NCBI RefSeq assembly: GCF_006345805.1
Contig: NC_043000.1
Location: 134,354,001-134,418,000 of the forward strand
DNA from: Octopus sinensis
Taxonomy: Eukaryota
Length of the DNA stretch: 64,000 bases
Direction: 5' to 3'
Every line of letters starts with the position of its first letter. The first letter of the stretch is position 1. Shown here in pieces: positions 1 to 12,787 of this stretch. The position numbers were made by a program, and so were the translations under genes. The notes under the pieces are model-generated. The model did not search any database. It saw only the letters and a program-made list of their open reading frames with translations, and was not told the origin of the DNA.

Positions 1-137
1 TGCTAGTCACGAGGCCAAACATCCTTGAAAGTTTCATTTGAATCCATCCAGCAGTTCTTGAGATATCTTGTCCACAGATAAACAAACAAACAAACATGAC
101 TGAAAACAATACCTCCACCTTCACTAAGAGGGGGGTA
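1..137 (+). mobile_element. 3' tail of an L2/Crack-type LINE or derived element (partial)
   Basis: ..gtttcatttgaatccatcc..gagatatcttgtccacaga..(aaac)n..actgaaaacaatacctcc..ggggtaataa resembles the recurrent L2/Crack 3' end. Recalled pattern. Confidence 0.45.
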
Positions 138-1233
138 ATAATTGACAATATTGTTAATTTAATATGGAAAGAAAGCTTGAAACATAATTCAATAGATTGA
201 CCTTAATCTCCACAACCTCTGTCTCTCACACAATACATTTGTACTTCTCTAATCAATCAAAATAAAGGACAATCTTTTCCTGAATTGGAGATAACTTCCA
301 CAAAATATTAGTTTTTAAAGATAGCATATGGTGAAACAAATAACCAAAAAGTGTGAATTTTTGAAAATATTGATCAGCTGATTCAATGGTCGTTTAAAAT
401 GAGACAAGATTTTAATGAATACCCAATTGAGATTCTTCTCTTGTCATTGGCAAGATATCAATATTATTATTATTGTATTGTAATATAATTTGCCAGCTAT
501 TTCAACTGACAAGAAATTGTTCTTTCACCTGCTGTTTATAGAAAACCACTATTCTTAAAGTATCGTCAGCCTTGACCTGCACAGATTTTCTTCTCTTACA
601 TTCAACTCATTGTTGGGAATTATGACACAGAATTAGTAACAAGATATCACCATGACAGCATCCTTTGATGACTCTCTCTCTCTCTCTCTCTCTCTCTGAA
701 ACAAATTCATGTGACAATAACTTAAGCTTTCTCTATGTAAACTTATGTTCTATAAACAACAAGTATGTTAACTACATTAGGAGTTTATAGTAAATGTCTG
801 AAGATTGCTACAATTAATTGTATCAGATTTAAGAAACAAGATAAAAGCTGTTACAAGGAGAACAAATGACAAAAAAAATGACAGACAGCTATCTTTCTCT
901 ATTCTTATTAATAATAGAAGAATTACTTTACAGACACAAATTAGATCAACATGTGGAACGACATGGTTATCGCTTGAAATCTATTTCAATTCATTTAACA
1001 ATAGCCCATTAATAACATTCTTTTTATTATTATCATCATTTAATCTCTTAAATTTTCTTATAAAACTAATTATTATATCAATGTTGTTTTTTTTTTTTAT
1101 GAAGTTAGAAGATAAATGAAAATCAATAATCTTACTGATATGATCACAGAATTAAAAATGCCTGCAAGTACTCTGGGTGCTGGTGCAATACCCTTAAAGC
1201 CAGAAACTTTTCAGCACTCCTTCATACATTTAA

Positions 1234-1451
1234 CCCTTTCATTACCAACCCGGCTGAAACCAGCTCTGGCTCTGTAGTACAAATGTCTTGTTTTCATAAG
1301 TTTTGAATTAAAATTTTCCACCAAACCTTAGTCACAATTTATGTTCCTAACACTAGCTGAACGATAACTAAGTCATTTTACTAAATTCTTTGTTACATTT
1401 AAAGTAATTGAAAGAAAAGAGTATCTCAAAATAAATACAGTAACGAAAGGG
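1234..1451 (+). mobile_element. piggyBac-type MITE (family P1)
   Basis: TTAA|CCCTTTC(A/G)TTAC...GTAACGAAAGGG|TTAA; further copies at 29485-29873, 29986-30203, 36472-36691 and 39648-39868. Confidence 0.85.
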
Positions 1452-2134
1452 TTAACGAAGTAATCTGAATGCTAAAGGATTAAAAGAATTTTGAGAGTAG
1501 TTCTAACAACCAGTGGACAATTCCTTAATTATTGAAATCATCTTTCAATAACAATAACTAAATTTACTTAGATCTTGTTTCTTTTACTTGTCTCAGTCAT
1601 TGGACTGTGCCATACTGGAGCACTATCTTGGAAGGTTTAGACAAACAAATTGACGCCCCAGGACTTCTTTTTTCTTTTCTTTTTTTTTAGTGTCTGCTAT
1701 TTATTCTGTAAGTCTTTCTTGCTAATGACTAAGTTATGGAGACATTAACAAACAAGCATCAGTTGTCAAGCAGTGGCAGAGGTGTCAAACACACACACAC
1801 ACATACACTATAGGCTTCTATGTAGTTTCCTTCAACCAAATTTATACACAAGGCACTGGTCGGCTCAGGACAGACACTTTTTTGCTCCACATATTATGCT
1901 GTGGGACTGAACCCAGAACCACATGGTTGCAAAGTGAGCTGCTCAACCACATGGCCATGCCCGTACCTGTGATATAAAATTTGTTCTTTTTTTTCTTTTT
2001 TTTATTCATATTCTAAAACAATATCAAAACAATCAACACAACCAGCAGACAAGAATGTTACGACACAATAGGATATGGTACATTTGAGATAAGAGTAAGT
2101 ATGAAGAAGAGCAACCGTGTTTTTTGGTTATGAT

Positions 2135-2367
2135 AATAATATAAAATAATAATAATAATAATAATAATAATTGTGTACAGTACTCAGGTGCACTACAACT
2201 CATCTAAAGTGAATATATAATCAGGTGTAGTTTCGGCGGATTTCGGAAAGCATGAGGGCCTTAAAGGATGCAGTGTCATGGCAGTCAACAACTGACGCAG
2301 GCAGTTTATTCCATGCTTCAGCAACTCTCAGCATGAAAAAATGTTTCCGAAAGTCATGGGAGTTATG
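2135..2367 (-). mobile_element. CR1/L2-group LINE 3' end
   Basis: Open ORF2 C-terminus HNSHDFRKHFFMLRVAEAWNKLPASVVDCHDTASFKALMLSEIRRNYT* (FF..RV...WN.LP..VV motif), then a short 3' UTR and (ATT)n tail. Confidence 0.8.
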
Positions 2368-2379
2368 TATGGTACCCTA

Positions 2380-2795
2380 AAGTATATGGAGCCGAAACAT
2401 GGACATTAACAAAAATATTATCAAATAGACTGATTACATATCTTTGAGATGTGAGCATATAGAAGACTTTTGGGAGTCTCGTGGATGAAACATAAAACCA
2501 ATGATGAAGTAGTAAAAATGGCAGAAAGTAAGAAATCTTTATTAGACACCATCAAAGAGAATGATCTAAAATCTAAAACAGCAGCAAAAATGGCTTACAG
2601 AGACTGTGAATAGAAGTCAAAAATGATTGAAAGGAAGAGAGAAAGAGGTAAACGAAGAATTAGACGGATGGATAACATCAAGAATTGGACAAACATAAAA
2701 TGCAGTAAATGTAAAAGAACAGCACAAGAAAACTCAAAGTAGCAATTTACAGTATTCAATCTGCTGAGAACAGACAATACCAGATGATGAACCAT
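2380..2795 (+). mobile_element. Decayed RTE-clade LINE 3' fragment
   Basis: Translates with stops to ..MIERKRERGKRRIRRMDNIKNWT..RTAQENSK*..NLLRTDNTR** and ends in gatgatga, like RTE ORF ends (EGKR.RGRPR.RW.DNIK.WT). Confidence 0.65.
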
Positions 2796-4080
2796 TTTGG
2801 GAAACCCATGTCTTAAGTAGTTAAGATACTTTAGTAACGAATATATTTGGATACGGTAATAAAAGTAATATGACAAATCTAAATGATTTATATTGTCACC
2901 ATGGAAATTTATGGAGATGCTTCTATGTGGTAATTTGATCTGCTATAAAAAGTAGCTAAGTAACCCCTTAAAATACATCTGGTTATCTTTTAAAAGGATG
3001 CAGGCACATTGGATAATCAAGTCTAGAAAAGAAAAAGAAAAAAACACAATGGTCATGGCTGGAAAGCCTTTATGGGTCTACTCAATCAAAACTGACTTTG
3101 GGCTAAACTAGAAAAACAAGTAGAGAAATTAATAGACAAGATAAAAATTTAAATTTAAAAAAAAAAAAAAACAAGAATCTGTATGCACAAAATAATGGTT
3201 AATCCGATATAGATAATCTGTAAAAGAAACATAAATGAAGAAATTTTTCAAAATTATGATTAACATTAGCCAAGAGAAAAAACAAAAACAAAAAAAACTT
3301 ACAACATGAAGTATAACAAGCAGACTGAATTCTTGCGATCTCAATCTTACAACGAACAGTCATATGTAGCACTATTTCCACTGGTAGTTACATTAACTGA
3401 AATAGTAGTGGCCAGTATCTAGACCGAAGAGGTTATAAATTTTATCTATAAACTACTGTTAACCATAAATAGATTCAGCAAAGACAAAACTCTATTATAT
3501 TTCAACATAGGAAATATACGAATGACTTTTTAAACTGTATTCCTTTCATGTGCATCCATCTGTACACACACTCACAATTATTTTCTACCTCTGAGCAATA
3601 TAAGGAACCAGTTCAAATGTATATTTTTAGCCTTCGCAATTTTCCGTTAACTTTCAAAAGCAAATTATAAACTGTATTCATCATACAGAATTATTTTTAT
3701 TCTTTTATCAAAAGAATCTAAAATATTTCACAAAATACTAAACCAACTATTTTATGTGTCAAATTCAGTTGCTGTAATCAAGGAAAACATTAGAGAATCT
3801 GAAATTTTTATCAATATGTTACTAAGATTATATAACTATGCTAATCTCTTTTGCTCAACATAGGAATTAATTTTAATGACCTTAAATATAATCAAAATTA
3901 TAAATGTTCACCATTATCTGTCTATATTATACTGTTACGGTCTTTCTGTGTAATGTTATAACTATGGAATAAAATTGAGAACAATCTTTTACACACATTT
4001 AAATTTATTCACAGACTGATAAACTATGGATGAAAATCAAAGCATAATGTTTTATAGATATAACATTTTATTAATAAATC

Positions 4081-4430
4081 AAATGGAAATTGTAGTTGTG
4101 ATACTTGTGCTGGTGGCACATAAAAAGCACCATCCGAATGTGGCCAATGTCAGCGTCGCCTTAACTGGCTTCCGTGCCAGTGACACGTAAAAAGCACCAA
4201 CCGATCATGACCGCTGCCAGCCTCCGGTGGCACGTACAAAGCACACACTACACTCACGGAGTGGTTGGCATTAGGAAGGGCATCCAGCTGTAGAAACACT
4301 GCCAGATCAGACTGGAGCCAGGTGCAGCCTCCTGGCTTCCCAGACCCTGGTTGAACCATCCAACCCATGCTAGCATGGAAAACGGATGTTAAACGATGAT
4401 GATGGTGATGATGATGATGATGATGATGAT
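4081..4430 (+). mobile_element. Short element family B with (GAT)n tail, probably RTE-mobilised
   Basis: gtgccggtggcacgtaaaaagcacc repeats, gtggttggcgttaggaagggcatccagctgtag motif, ..ggacgttaaac(gat)n tail; about a dozen copies. Confidence 0.8.
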
Positions 4431-5758
4431 GAAGCAACCGTATGTGTGTGTGTGTGTGTTCTTTTACTGGTTTCAATCATTGGACTCTGGTTATGTTATG
4501 ACACTGCCTTCAAGGGTTTAGTTGGCCAAATTGATCCTAGTACTTAAGCCTGGTATCTATTCATCAAACCACTAAGCTATGAACAATGCCAGTTTTAATA
4601 AATGTGAACGCACACATACACACACTAGACAGAGCTTCTGCTGAGTTTCCATCCACTAAATTTCACTCACAAGGCATTGGTCAACTCAAGATTACAGAAG
4701 AAGAGACATACCTGAAGTGCTATACAATGGGACAGAATCCAAAGTGGTTACAAAGTGAACCTCTTCACCACACAGTTGCATTTGTGCCTATATTACAAAT
4801 AGGTTTTGTTTTTGTGGGGTTTTTTTTCTTACTTTTAGCATTCATTACGCTGTCAAATGTATTGCCTTTTATTCACATTGTTTCGAATTAATCATGCATT
4901 TCCTCATAGCTTTGAGATGATCATATGATTGTTTATTTTTAGAATGACATTTTGGAATAGGTGTGAGAGGCTGGATCTGGCCAGTAGAATATTTTGACCA
5001 GATGTGGCCAATTTAAATGATAATGGGTTAATAAAATCCATAACTCAGTGAAGCCGTTACTGTACTTCGTTCATCAGGACTGTGTGTTCAAATCCAGTCA
5101 TGTGCATTTTTATCTGATATAAAAATAAGGATATCATACAGACCATTAAGATTTGTTAGAACTTTACCAACATGCAAGTTAGTATAACAGAGGAATAATA
5201 TTATAATTTATGTTTTTGATTTCTTTCCATAGCTCAGATTGTTTAGTTATTGATGCAGAGATAAAACTATCAGATAACAACTCTCAAGGTAGAAGAAGAG
5301 GTGACAAGTGTATCAAAAGAAAACTGTTTTCAAAGATGTTCTCCCCAAAGACTTCATCATCAGTTCAACGTATGTGGGCTTTAACCAGATTCAGACACTC
5401 CAGGAAGAAGAAATAATAAATTTCCATAGAAATTATGTTTCATGGTTTTCTATAAACTTCCAACAATTGATAACTAAAGTATCATTCAAGTACTACAGTC
5501 ATTATTATCAACTATTCCCCTTCACCAATTTCCAAGTCTTGTGTCTGTGTTAGAAGCAATTATTGTTAATATACATTCTTTTTTTTTATTAATAGTTTAT
5601 CAATTATTTATAATTCTAGACAGACGACTAATAAGACAGAGCTACATAGCATAAAGCAGTGATTGTCAGCCATGGTACATAGCAGTGATTGTTGATATCT
5701 AAATAGAAAAAAAAAATCTCAATTATAGAAGACAAACTTATAGTAGGCAGGCGTGTGT

Positions 5759-5804
<46 letters not shown>

Positions 5805-5864
5805 ATACATACATGTACTTTTGTGTGTCTTTTGCCATTTGAAATCAGCAAGAAATATACACCC

Positions 5865-6252
5865 AGGCACAGGAGTGGCTGTGTGGTAAGTATCTTGCTA
5901 ACCAACCACATGGTTCCGGGTTCAGTCCCACTGCATGGAACCTTGGGCAAGTGTTTTTCTATAGCCTCGGGCCAACCAAAGCCTTGTGAGTGGATTTGGT
6001 AGACGGAAACTGAAAGAAGCCTGTCGTATATATGTATATATATGTGTGTGTCTGTGTTTGTCCCTCCAACATCGCTTGACAACCGATGCTGGTGTGTTTA
6101 CGTCCCCGTAACTTAGCGGTTCAGCAAAAGACACCGATAGAATAAGTACTAGGTTTGCAAAGAATAAGTCCTGGGGTCGATTTGCTCGACTAAAGGTGGT
6201 GTTCCAGCATAGCCGCAGTCAAATGACTGAAACAAGTAAAAGAGTAAAAGAG
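5865..6252 (+). mobile_element. Major tRNA-derived SINE (family A), full length
   Basis: A-box-like TGGCTGTGTGG, B-box-like GGTTCAGTCCC, CORE-like ccttgggcaagt, internal (TA)/(TG) microsatellite, (gtaaaaga)n tail; many copies in the window. Probably related to the octopus OR/OK SINEs. Confidence 0.9.
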
Positions 6253-7451
6253 AATACACCAGTGTTTTAAGGATAATGTCCTTTGTGACACTTGTTCTGC
6301 ACCAAGTTACAGATACACCCTTGTCACTATCACTGAAAGAAATGTAGTGAACTGGTGATTGTCTCCCTTTAGAACCTCTAACTAACATTGAAACCACCAT
6401 TCACAAGTTGCAACTTTGCTTTCATTCTTTAGGAGTCAATAAAATAGAGGATCAGTGAAGTAGTAGGTTCACTTAAATTGTTTAATTTCTCCCATAAAAA
6501 TTACTCAATTTGTGCCTAAATTAGAATATATTATTATTATTATCATTAGTAAAGCAGTAACATTTCTGCAATACAATAAAGACTCATCATTAGATGCTTT
6601 ATGATATTTAGCTAAAGATGTCCCACTTGCCAGTTCAAAACAACTAAAATCTACCTTACATTTCATTCTTCCACAAACTATACCCAACAGCAACACAGAC
6701 TGAATAAATCAATTTTATAACCTTTCTTTGAAAAAAAATCCTTATACATACTTTTAAAAATATCGTGTTACAGCATTAACCATATTGCCAACAATGATGC
6801 AACAATCACCACCACCACCAACAGAACAGAAGTGGAAGAGTATAAAGATAATTTCTTTGTAATACACGAGGGTCAGTTCAAACAACTATACTTCTCTCAA
6901 GCAAAGATTGACCTTGAGCCTCCTAATGAAATTATTATCATTATAATTGCATAATTCTACTAGATTTATTTTATAACAAAAGTTAATTGATACATTAACC
7001 CTTTTTGTTACCATATTTCTGCTGAAATATATTGATCTTGTTTTAATTAATTTTCAAAATAATGAAGGATTTAGTAAAATAAAAGTCATTATTAATCTGA
7101 TGTTGGAACGTAAATTAAAACGAAACACTAATGGAAGGCTTTGATATAGATCACTATAAAATAAGTTCCTATCATGAATACCAGGAGTAATCTCAAGCAG
7201 ATGATATTAAAAGGGTTAACCTTTTAGCATTCACATTATTCTGTTAAAACTAATGACTATTTATTCGCATTCATCATCATTGTTTAAAGTCTACCTTACA
7301 TTTCATTCTTCCACAATACTCAACAGCAACACAAATTGAATAAATCAATTATACAATCTTTTCTTTAAGAAATTCCTTTATACCTACTTTTAAAAATATC
7401 ATTGAATTAATCATGCATTATTTTGTAGCTTTGAGATTTTGGCGATGTGAT

Positions 7452-7708
7452 TACTCTTTACTCTTTACTCTTTTACTGTTTCAGTCATTTGACTGCGGCC
7501 ATGCTGGAGCACCGCCTTTAGTCAAGCAACTCGACCCCGGGACTTATTCTTTTTGTAAGCCCAGTACTTATTCTATCGGTCTCTTTTGCCGAACCATTAA
7601 GTGACGGGGACATAAACACACCAGCATCGGTTGTCAAGTAATGCTAGGGGAACAAACACAGACACACAAACACACACACATACATATATATATATATACA
7701 TATATACG
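7452..7708 (-). mobile_element. SINE family A, 3' half, nested in a MITE
   Basis: Reverse complement of the family A 3' half, truncated at the internal microsatellite. Confidence 0.85.
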
Positions 7709-7892
7709 ATTGTTTATTTTTAGAATAATCTTGTAGGGTAAGTGGGAGAGGCTGGATCTGGCCAGTTTGAACATAAAAACAGATAAAATATTTTGGCCAA
7801 ATAAGGTCATTTAAATGCTAAAGAGCTAAAAATATAAGCTGAGTTTTCATAGTCAGTTTTAAGGATTATAGTTAATTTTTGCTATTATCATA

Positions 7893-8286
7893 GGCATAGG
7901 AGTGGCTGTGTGGTAAGTAGCTTACTTACGAACCACATAGTTCCGGATTCAGTCCCATTGTGTGGCACCTTGGGTAAGTGTCTTCTACTATAGCTTCAAG
8001 GCAACCAAAGTGTTGTGAGTGGATTTGGTAGACAGAAACTGAACAAAGCCTGTCGCGCGTGCCCGAACGTGCATGTGTGTGTGTGTTTGTTTGTTTCTGT
8101 GTCTAGGTTTGTCCCCTCAACATCGCTGGACAACCGATGCTGGTGGGTTTACGTTCCCGTAACTTAGCGGTTCAGCAAAAGAGACCAATAGAATAAGTAC
8201 TAGGCTTACAAAGAATAAGTCCTGGGGTCAATACGCTCGACTAAAGGCGGTGCTCCAGCATGGCCGCAGTGAAACAAGTAAAAGAG
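7893..8286 (+). mobile_element. SINE family A, full length
   Basis: Colinear with the 5865-6252 copy. Confidence 0.9.
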
Positions 8287-8499
8287 TATCATCATTGAAA
8301 GTCCTCATGCATGAGTCAGATAGAATTTGTTGAAACAGATTTTCTACAGCCAGATGCTCTTCCTGTTACCAAATTACCAATTTCCAAGCAAGGTAATATT
8401 TCCCCTGAGGTAGATTTTGTTTTTTTGTGGAAGACTGGAATAAAACATCACTTGTATGATAGTGAAACTTGTTTACATTCATCACATGTCAAGACAAGG

Positions 8500-8572
<73 letters not shown>

Positions 8573-9434
8573 GATTCTTTCAGTTTTTCATCTACCGAAT
8601 CTACACAAATGGCTCTGGTTAGCCTGGGGCTAAACAGAATTGAAATGAACAGCAGACCATAATACTAGGCATTTTATGATGTCTAAATATTGTTCTCCTA
8701 TTTCTGACCTTGCAAATATTGCAAGATCAGATTTTATTGATCTGTGGGGCTTTGATTATGCCTTTTTTTTTTCTTCTTCTTTAATTTAAAAAATAAAAAC
8801 ACGCTTTCTATTTATTCAAAATACCACCATTAATATTATTATTATTACACATGCAAAAGTCAGTTTTCTATTAAATAAATTCAAATCTTAAGAGACTCCA
8901 AAGGGAAAATAAATGGATATAAAAAGTATAGCATTGAACAGACCTTAAAATAAGATATTCAACCATATAACATGCCTTGCTCTATATCTGAAAGAACAGG
9001 CATTCAACATGCAACACATTTTTTGAAACAAGTGTAAAAAGAAAAAAGAAAAAGATGAAAGCAACAGCTACTACAGAAACAGAAGTTAGTGGTAGAGTAA
9101 AGTAAGACTATATTGTAAATCTAAATCAAGGAAAGATAACCAAATTGTGACAATGAGTAGGTGTGGGGCAGTCTCAAAAGACCAGCCATGTCAACATATA
9201 TAAAAATATAAGATTTATTTCATAATAGATGTAAAATATATATGATGTGTCTCTTTTTATAGAGAAGTAAAGTAAATGAAATAATAAAAAATATTAAGGC
9301 TAAGAATGATAATCATGAATGTGACAACAAAAAATTAAAGGGATATTGAAAAAGAGAGAGAGAGGCAGAGAGAGTGTGTGTTTCATTATGTGTACACACG
9401 TGTGCGAATTCATATGCTTGCATACGGATGTGCA

Positions 9435-9495
<61 letters not shown>

Positions 9496-9866
9496 GATAG
9501 GGATAGACAGAGCTTTGAATGGGCTAGGATTTGATCTATTGGGCTTATGGATTACAGTGATACATATAACACAAAATTTTGGTCTTCTTAACATTAACAA
9601 TCTCTAAATCATAAACACATTAATTAAAATACAGAAAAATATTTTCTGCTTTTTTTAAAAGCTGTATCGATTGCAATAATAAGTGTGTTTAATGTATGAA
9701 CATGTGTGTACACATAGATATTATTACATTAGTAAACAGATATCTAGATCTCCTCTAACACTTCATTATCAAGCTTGCCGGACTTTGTCTAGTCATTACT
9801 AAACTCATGCAACTAAGCTGTTGCTTGCTGCACACTTCACTCCTGTTTTGTTGAGCACATCAATTA

Positions 9867-10330
9867 TCATCATCATCATCGTTTAATGTCCGTTTTCCGC
9901 GCTAGCACGAGTTGGACGGTTCGACCGGGGTCTGGGAAGCCAGGAGGCTGCACCAGGCTCCAGTCTGATCTGGCAGTGTTTCTACAGCTGGATGCCCTTC
10001 CTAATGCTAACCACTCCACGAGTGTAGTGGGTACTTTTTACGTGCCACTGGCACAGGTGCCAGGGGAGTCTGGCATCGCCCACGATCAGTTGGTGCTTTT
10101 AATGTGCCACCGGCACGGAAGCCAGTCAAGGCAACGCTGGCATCGGCCACATTCAGATGGTGCTTTTTATGTGCCACCAGCACAGTAGCCAGTCGAGGCG
10201 GCGCTGGCATTGGCCATGTTCGGATGGTGCTTTTTATGTGCCACCGGCACAGGTATCACAACTACTATTTCCATTGATATTTATTTCGATGTTCATGTAC
10301 TTGACTCAATAGGTCTCCTCAAGCACAGCG
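9867..10330 (-). mobile_element. Family B element with several internal ~55-60 bp repeat units
   Basis: Reverse complement of family B with repeated gtgcc(a/g)c..gc(a)c units. Confidence 0.8.
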
Positions 10331-12440
10331 GGATGTTGTACAGAAATAAAGAATTCAGAAAAGCAAAAAATATAATGTCTACTTCTCTACTTTGCTTTGG
10401 GTCAGACAGTTACTGCGGTCAGATTTTCTACAGCCAGATACCCTTCCTGGCATCAACCCCTAATTGTTTCCAAGCAAGTTATTACTTCACCGTACCCAAA
10501 CATGTTTTTGCAAAATATTGGAATATTCGTTTATATATTTGTTTTGCAAGATTTTTGATGTGAAATCGTGTGTTGAAACAGATATAGTTGTATTTAGGAA
10601 TGGTCATTTTGCCAGTTTAGCCAATAAAAACACACACACTATATATTTTTGTGTTACAATAGGAATACAAAATACAAAATGGCTGACCGTTAGTAAGGAG
10701 AGATACACAAATAAGAAAGAAGAAAGCAAAGGACCACTGAAGAAGTCACAGGAGTGTGACAAAAGAACTCTGGCCGAAATAAGATTAAGATTAATGTAAA
10801 AAATAAATAACGCTGAAGCAAAGTAACACCAAATATATAGTGCGTGTGTTTTTATTGGCTAAACTGGCAAAATGACCATTCCTAAATACAACAATTACTC
10901 TATGTCAACACACACACACAGGATGAGCTTTCATCTACCAAATCTGCTCACAAGGTTTTATAATAGAAGACACTTGCCCAAGGTGCCATGCAGTGGAACT
11001 GAACCTGAAATCATGTGGTTGGGAAGCAAACTACTTTATATGACAATTACAAAAGGGCCTAAGCAGTGTGATGCGAATTGGGTTCTAGGAACTGTGAGGC
11101 TGAGAGGAGGGGCCTAGCTGCTATAAGTTCCCACTCCACCCCATCCCAGTGAAAAAGTGTGCTCCCTGCTACCTAATTTCCATGACTGGGCCTAAAACAG
11201 AGGCTACCATGGGAGTTGAGCCACACATCTTGTCAAGCGGCTATGCTTAGGCCAATGCTTTCTTTATATAATTTATACTTAAAACCTAAACCATATATGT
11301 TATATACATAAAATACATGTACACACCACAGACATAACTACAGACAACATACACATGCATGGAAGTACATACAACACACACAATTTAATCCTCTATGCTG
11401 AAATAGTAACTAAAACTTGGATTATGACACTGAAACAGTAATGAGTGAAACTTGATATCCTAAATAAGAGCTAATCTGTGAAAAAAAATATGAGAGACAG
11501 TAGAGCATGCTAGGTTGTGTTTGTCTGACTATTGAATGAATGAAAACAAAAATACATTGTGGCTCCTCGAGTAGTTTTCTTAAGGGACGATATTCTACAA
11601 AAGCAAAGGCGTTGCATTAAAAAAATTGCTTAAAAACAAGAGCTGTCAGCACTTGTGTGAAATTCCTTTCATTTGAAAAAAAAAAAAAAAAAAAAATGCC
11701 CAGGGGTTTGGAAATAGTATTCAAGCCTGACCAAAGTAAGACTTAAATGATTTTTCTGTCTATTTCAGAGGACAGGCATAATTTACACAGAAGAGAAGAA
11801 ACGAAAAGAGAGAAGACTTGGAAGAAATATCAATAGGGTTTCAACAGCTGGCAGTGAAAAATAAATGTGAGGGAAAAAGACACACAAAAAGTCAAACAAA
11901 TAAAAACACTCAAGGAATTTTCTTTTGTGTTTTTCAAACATTTACAGTATAAATATTTCTTGTGTTGTTACCCAAACCTGAGAAAATATCACTTTAAAGA
12001 AAATATTACTTTAAAGACAAGGAAGAAAAAAAAAACTGTTTAGGAATAATGTGTAGAAAGAATGCAACACGAGGAGACTATTTTGTATCTATGAAGCAAA
12101 CTTTACATCAAGTAGAATGTGACTTTTGGTATAATCAGAGAGAGAAAGTAATGGCTTCAGTTCACAAGAATTAGCACTAAAACAAATTAGAATTCACACT
12201 CATACTTTAAATTAGAAATAACAGTAATGCTAAAATAAGGAAGATATTTTTTAAAACAGTAATAAGAAGAAAACTATATTTATTCACATTTTTTTCATTT
12301 TATGTCTTTTTTTATGTTGAATGACTTCTATTTGAGCCAGGTTTTATGACCAGATGCCCTTCTCTTACCTGTTTTCGTGAGAACTTACCTGTTTTTTCCA
12401 AATAAGAGATATTTTTTTATTCCATTTGTCATTGAAAGTG

Positions 12441-12787
12441 CATAGGAGTGGCTGTGTGGTAAGTAGCTTGCATATGAATTACATGGTTCCAGGTTCAGTC
12501 CCAGTGCATGGCACCTTGGGCAAGTGTCTTCTACTATAGCCTCAGGCTGACCAAAGCCTTGTGAGTGGATTTGGTAGTCAGAAACTGAAAGAAGCCCGTA
12601 GTATATATATATATATATATATATATATGACGGGCTTCTTTCAGTTTCCGTCTACCAAATCCACTCACAAGGCTTTGGTCAGCCTGAGGCTATAGTAGAA
12701 GACAATTGCCCAAGGTGCCACACGGTGGGACCGAACCCAGAAGCATGTGGTTGGTAAGCAAGCTACTTACCACACAGCCACTCCTGC
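12441..12787. mobile_element. Two SINE family A 5' halves in inverted orientation around (TA)n
   Basis: 12441-12600 forward, 12629-12787 reverse, joined by a pure TA tract. Confidence 0.9.

Noticed and set aside
9867-10030. Possible HDV-like ribozyme fold in family B (ggttgg/ccaacc pairing, ccttcc loop)
   Set aside because: No GG after the putative P1 for P1.1, and it is on the antisense strand of the element; could not build the full pseudoknot by eye.
9886-10188. Recurrent ORFs with LQLDALPNANHS
   Set aside because: Antisense frames through family B elements.
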